Below are positions 61,694-64,000 of a DNA stretch of 64,000 nt, piece by piece. The notes below the pieces were generated by a model. The model was given only the letters and a program-made list of their open reading frames with translations. It was not told the DNA's origin and ran no database searches. Position 1 is the stretch's first letter; every line of letters begins with the position of its first letter. Source of the DNA: an uncultured delta proteobacterium. Its GTDB lineage: Bacteria; Desulfobacterota; Zymogenia; Zymogenales; Zymogenaceae. The translations under genes were made by a program, and so were the position numbers. The stretch is taken from NCBI GenBank assembly GCA_963735595.1, contig CAVTLK010000002.1, forward strand, positions 576,001 to 640,000. Reading direction: 5' to 3'.

Positions 61694-62290
61694 ATGGAGC
61701 GGGATTACTACCAGGTCCTCGGCGTCGGTCCGGACGCCGACGAGAAAGAGATCAAGAAGGCGTATCGGACTATCATCAGATACTGCCATCCCGATTCCCC
61801 CGACTGCCGCATGACCAAAGACGAGATGCTCGAGGTGCAGGAGGCCTACGAGACGCTGTCGGACCCCGAGAAGCGGGCCCGGTACGACCGCGGGAGGACT
61901 ACGCCCTCCGTCCGCCGATCCGGAAGGGCGGCACCCGGAACCGGCCGCAGAACGGCCTCCCACGATCCTTTCTACCAGGACGACTCCCTTTCGGATCTCT
62001 TTTCTTTCTTTCGCGATCCGTTTTCGGATTCCCTTTTTGCCCGCCCGGGCGGACGCGGCTTTGCGCCGGAGCGCGAGCTCGAGATCACGCTGACGCGCGC
62101 CGAGGCCCGGCGGGGAGGGGCGTTCGAGATCGCCGTGCCGGGCCCCGGCGGTATACCGGCCGGGAGTATCGTGGTCAGGGTTGCCCCCGGCGTGCGGTCC
62201 GGGACAGAGGCCGTGGCGGATCTCTCCGAGACGATCGGTATCCGCCAGCGGCTCCGCATTACTATTATCGTCGAGGACGACGACGGATGA
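61694..62290 (+). CDS. J-domain (DnaJ-like) protein
   Basis: DYYQVLGV, EIKKAYR, HPD, EAYETLSDPEKRARYD. Confidence 0.88.
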   Translation: MERDYYQVLGVGPDADEKEIKKAYRTIIRYCHPDSPDCRMTKDEMLEVQEAYETLSDPEKRARYDRGRTTPSVRRSGRAAPGTGRRTASHDPFYQDDSLSDLFSFFRDPFSDSLFARPGGRGFAPERELEITLTRAEARRGGAFEIAVPGPGGIPAGSIVVRVAPGVRSGTEAVADLSETIGIRQRLRITIIVEDDDG

Positions 62291-62428
62291 CCGCCGGCCG
62301 TTCGGCCCGCGCCGCGCCGTAACCCCTCCGGCTTTTTCGTTGTCGTTTCGACGGGCTTCTGCTACAATCAGACCAGTTCTATTCGATGGTGCCGTGCGGG
62401 TACCCTCATCCACGACAGGAGTAAAACT

Positions 62429-62947
62429 ATGCATCAGAATGTACGTATTCATACGCGTGCGAAGTCCAGGCCGGGGGTGATGGTCGGCGGCGCGCTGATA
62501 GCCGCGGGGCTCATGATAATCCTTCTCTTCGGTGCGTGGGACACGGCACGGGCCCAGGCGGACGTGACCAGTGACCGCGACGTGGTATTGGTAACGATTG
62601 AGACGGTCTTCGAGGGCTGGCGCAGACTCGACCTCGGGCTTTATATGAGTGTCTGGGATGGGATGGCGGTCCAGTACCTGCAGAAGGGAATTACCCGAAC
62701 CTACAGCCAGATCCAGGCCAACCGCGCCGAGGCCTTCACGAAATACAGCCGGGTGGACGCTACGTGGACGGCAGACAGCATCGAGATCTACGGCGACCGG
62801 GCTGCCGTCGTTACGCGGTACTCAATGACCTTCTACCGGAAGGACGGAAAGATCATCACCGAAAACGAGAAGGAATTCTACGTCCTTAAGAGACAGCCGG
62901 ATACGTCGTGGCGCATCGTGGAAAACTACGACTACCTGCCGCGTTAG
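62429..62947 (+). CDS. Exported NTF2/SnoaL-like protein
   Basis: Hydrophobic N-terminus; IEIYGDRA, WRIV. Start uncertain. Confidence 0.65.
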   Translation: MHQNVRIHTRAKSRPGVMVGGALIAAGLMIILLFGAWDTARAQADVTSDRDVVLVTIETVFEGWRRLDLGLYMSVWDGMAVQYLQKGITRTYSQIQANRAEAFTKYSRVDATWTADSIEIYGDRAAVVTRYSMTFYRKDGKIITENEKEFYVLKRQPDTSWRIVENYDYLPR

Positions 62948-63023
62948 TGAGACGATGATCCGTAAACCTGCATGTCTCTGAACGGGCATCACGGACCGGA
63001 CGAAACCCCAGGGGGAGCACAGC

Positions 63024-64000
63024 ATGAAACAGCGCAGCGCTATTTCCTTTTTTGCGGCGGTAGCCGTTATCTCGGCATTTCTCGTCCTCGGGACGGCCGG
63101 CCGGGCGTCGGCCGCCGAGGTCATCATCAAGAACGTGACCTCGCTCTATTCGACGTATCTCGGGGTCGACCTTACGGGCGCGGCGAAACGGGCGATTGCC
63201 GGGGCGGGCTACCGCATAAAGGAGACGATGGAGGTCTCGGCCTTCCGGTTCGAGAGCTTCATACACTATAGTCCGGCCAACAGGGCGGATGCCGAGAGGA
63301 TAGGGTCGCTCATCGGCGTGGGCGCGCTCGTCGAGGATCGGACGCTTGACCCGGGGCTGATCAAGGTGATGCTCGGTGCGGACTCCATCGACGCCTTTTT
63401 CGCCGGGAAGCCCTACGCTCCGGGGATTATAATCCTTGACGCAACCGGCAGGGGCGGCAACGGCCAGTCGGTGAGAAAGAGCATCGAGGCGGCCGTGCCG
63501 GTCCTCTCGGTCTTTTCCGTCAACAAGGGGATGACCGAACAGACCACGATCTTTTACCCGAAGGGCATGGAGAAGACCGCCGAGACCATCCGGGTCCTCC
63601 TGGGCCGCGGGGTCAAGAAGGAGGTCTCGTCACCACACCTGTTCGTGGTCATCGCCCCGGACTACATCGGCGACCCGTACCGGGCGATACCGGCCTTTAC
63701 GCCGGCTGCCGGTGAGGTCTATTCGATCGTCGTCCGCAAGACGATGGGGATTCTGGACCTCGTGGATTCGTCCGGGAAGACCGTCGTGCGCTACCCGGTT
63801 TCCGTCGGGGCAAATCCCGATCTTGCCGACAAGAAGGCCGTCGGCGACCGGCGCACGCCGGAGGGTACGTACGTCATCTCCGCGATCTCGGAGAGCTCCG
63901 GCTGGAAGTTCGAGGGGGAGCTGGCCTACGGCCCGTGGTTCCTGGCGCTTTCCACCCCGCCGTGGACGGGGTACGCCATCCACGGCACCAACGAGCCCTA
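63024..64000 (+). CDS. L,D-transpeptidase (YkuD) with two LytR_C-like domains; truncated by the window end
   Basis: Signal peptide; IIILDATGRGG..TTIFY..VVIAPDY; YPVSVG, GDRRTPEG, YGP, YAIHGT. Absent from the ORF track because it has no stop codon. Confidence 0.85.
   Translation, partial: MKQRSAISFFAAVAVISAFLVLGTAGRASAAEVIIKNVTSLYSTYLGVDLTGAAKRAIAGAGYRIKETMEVSAFRFESFIHYSPANRADAERIGSLIGVGALVEDRTLDPGLIKVMLGADSIDAFFAGKPYAPGIIILDATGRGGNGQSVRKSIEAAVPVLSVFSVNKGMTEQTTIFYPKGMEKTAETIRVLLGRGVKKEVSSPHLFVVIAPDYIGDPYRAIPAFTPAAGEVYSIVVRKTMGILDLVDSSGKTVVRYPVSVGANPDLADKKAVGDRRTPEGTYVISAISESSGWKFEGELAYGPWFLALSTPPWTGYAIHGTNEP

Overview
GC-rich bacterial chromosomal segment. Gene content and order suggest an anaerobic diderm, probably Deltaproteobacteria/Desulfobacterota (inference only). 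In order it carries: (1) a TPR/LolB-like lipoprotein pair; (2) a dcw operon mraZ-rsmH-ftsL-ftsI-murE-murF-mraY-[orphan PilZ-like gene]-murD-ftsW-murG-murC-murB-ftsQ-ftsA-ftsZ, lacking ddl and followed by a radical SAM gene; (3) an orphan glycoside-hydrolase-like gene with a structured leader; (4) an ECF sigma/anti-sigma/2x Spy-like module with three matching promoter motifs; (5) a partly AT-richer five-gene cluster that looks like a polyprenyl-phosphate-pentose glycosylation system; (6) a CoA-disulfide reductase-rhodanese gene; (7) tRNA-His back-to-back with hisZ and two tandem short hisG genes; (8) cydAB; (9) an atypical group IV PLP decarboxylase plus D-aminoacylase, both with hydrophobic insertions; (10) REP/REPIN-like palindrome clusters around a single-polypeptide Type IIG/ISP-like restriction-modification gene; (11) fatty-acid catabolism genes, hsp20 x2, a J-domain protein and a truncated LytR_C-YkuD L,D-transpeptidase. 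Many genes, including essential murC and murD, are broken by single-base insertions, most likely long-read consensus errors. No CRISPR array, rRNA, integrase or transposase was seen.
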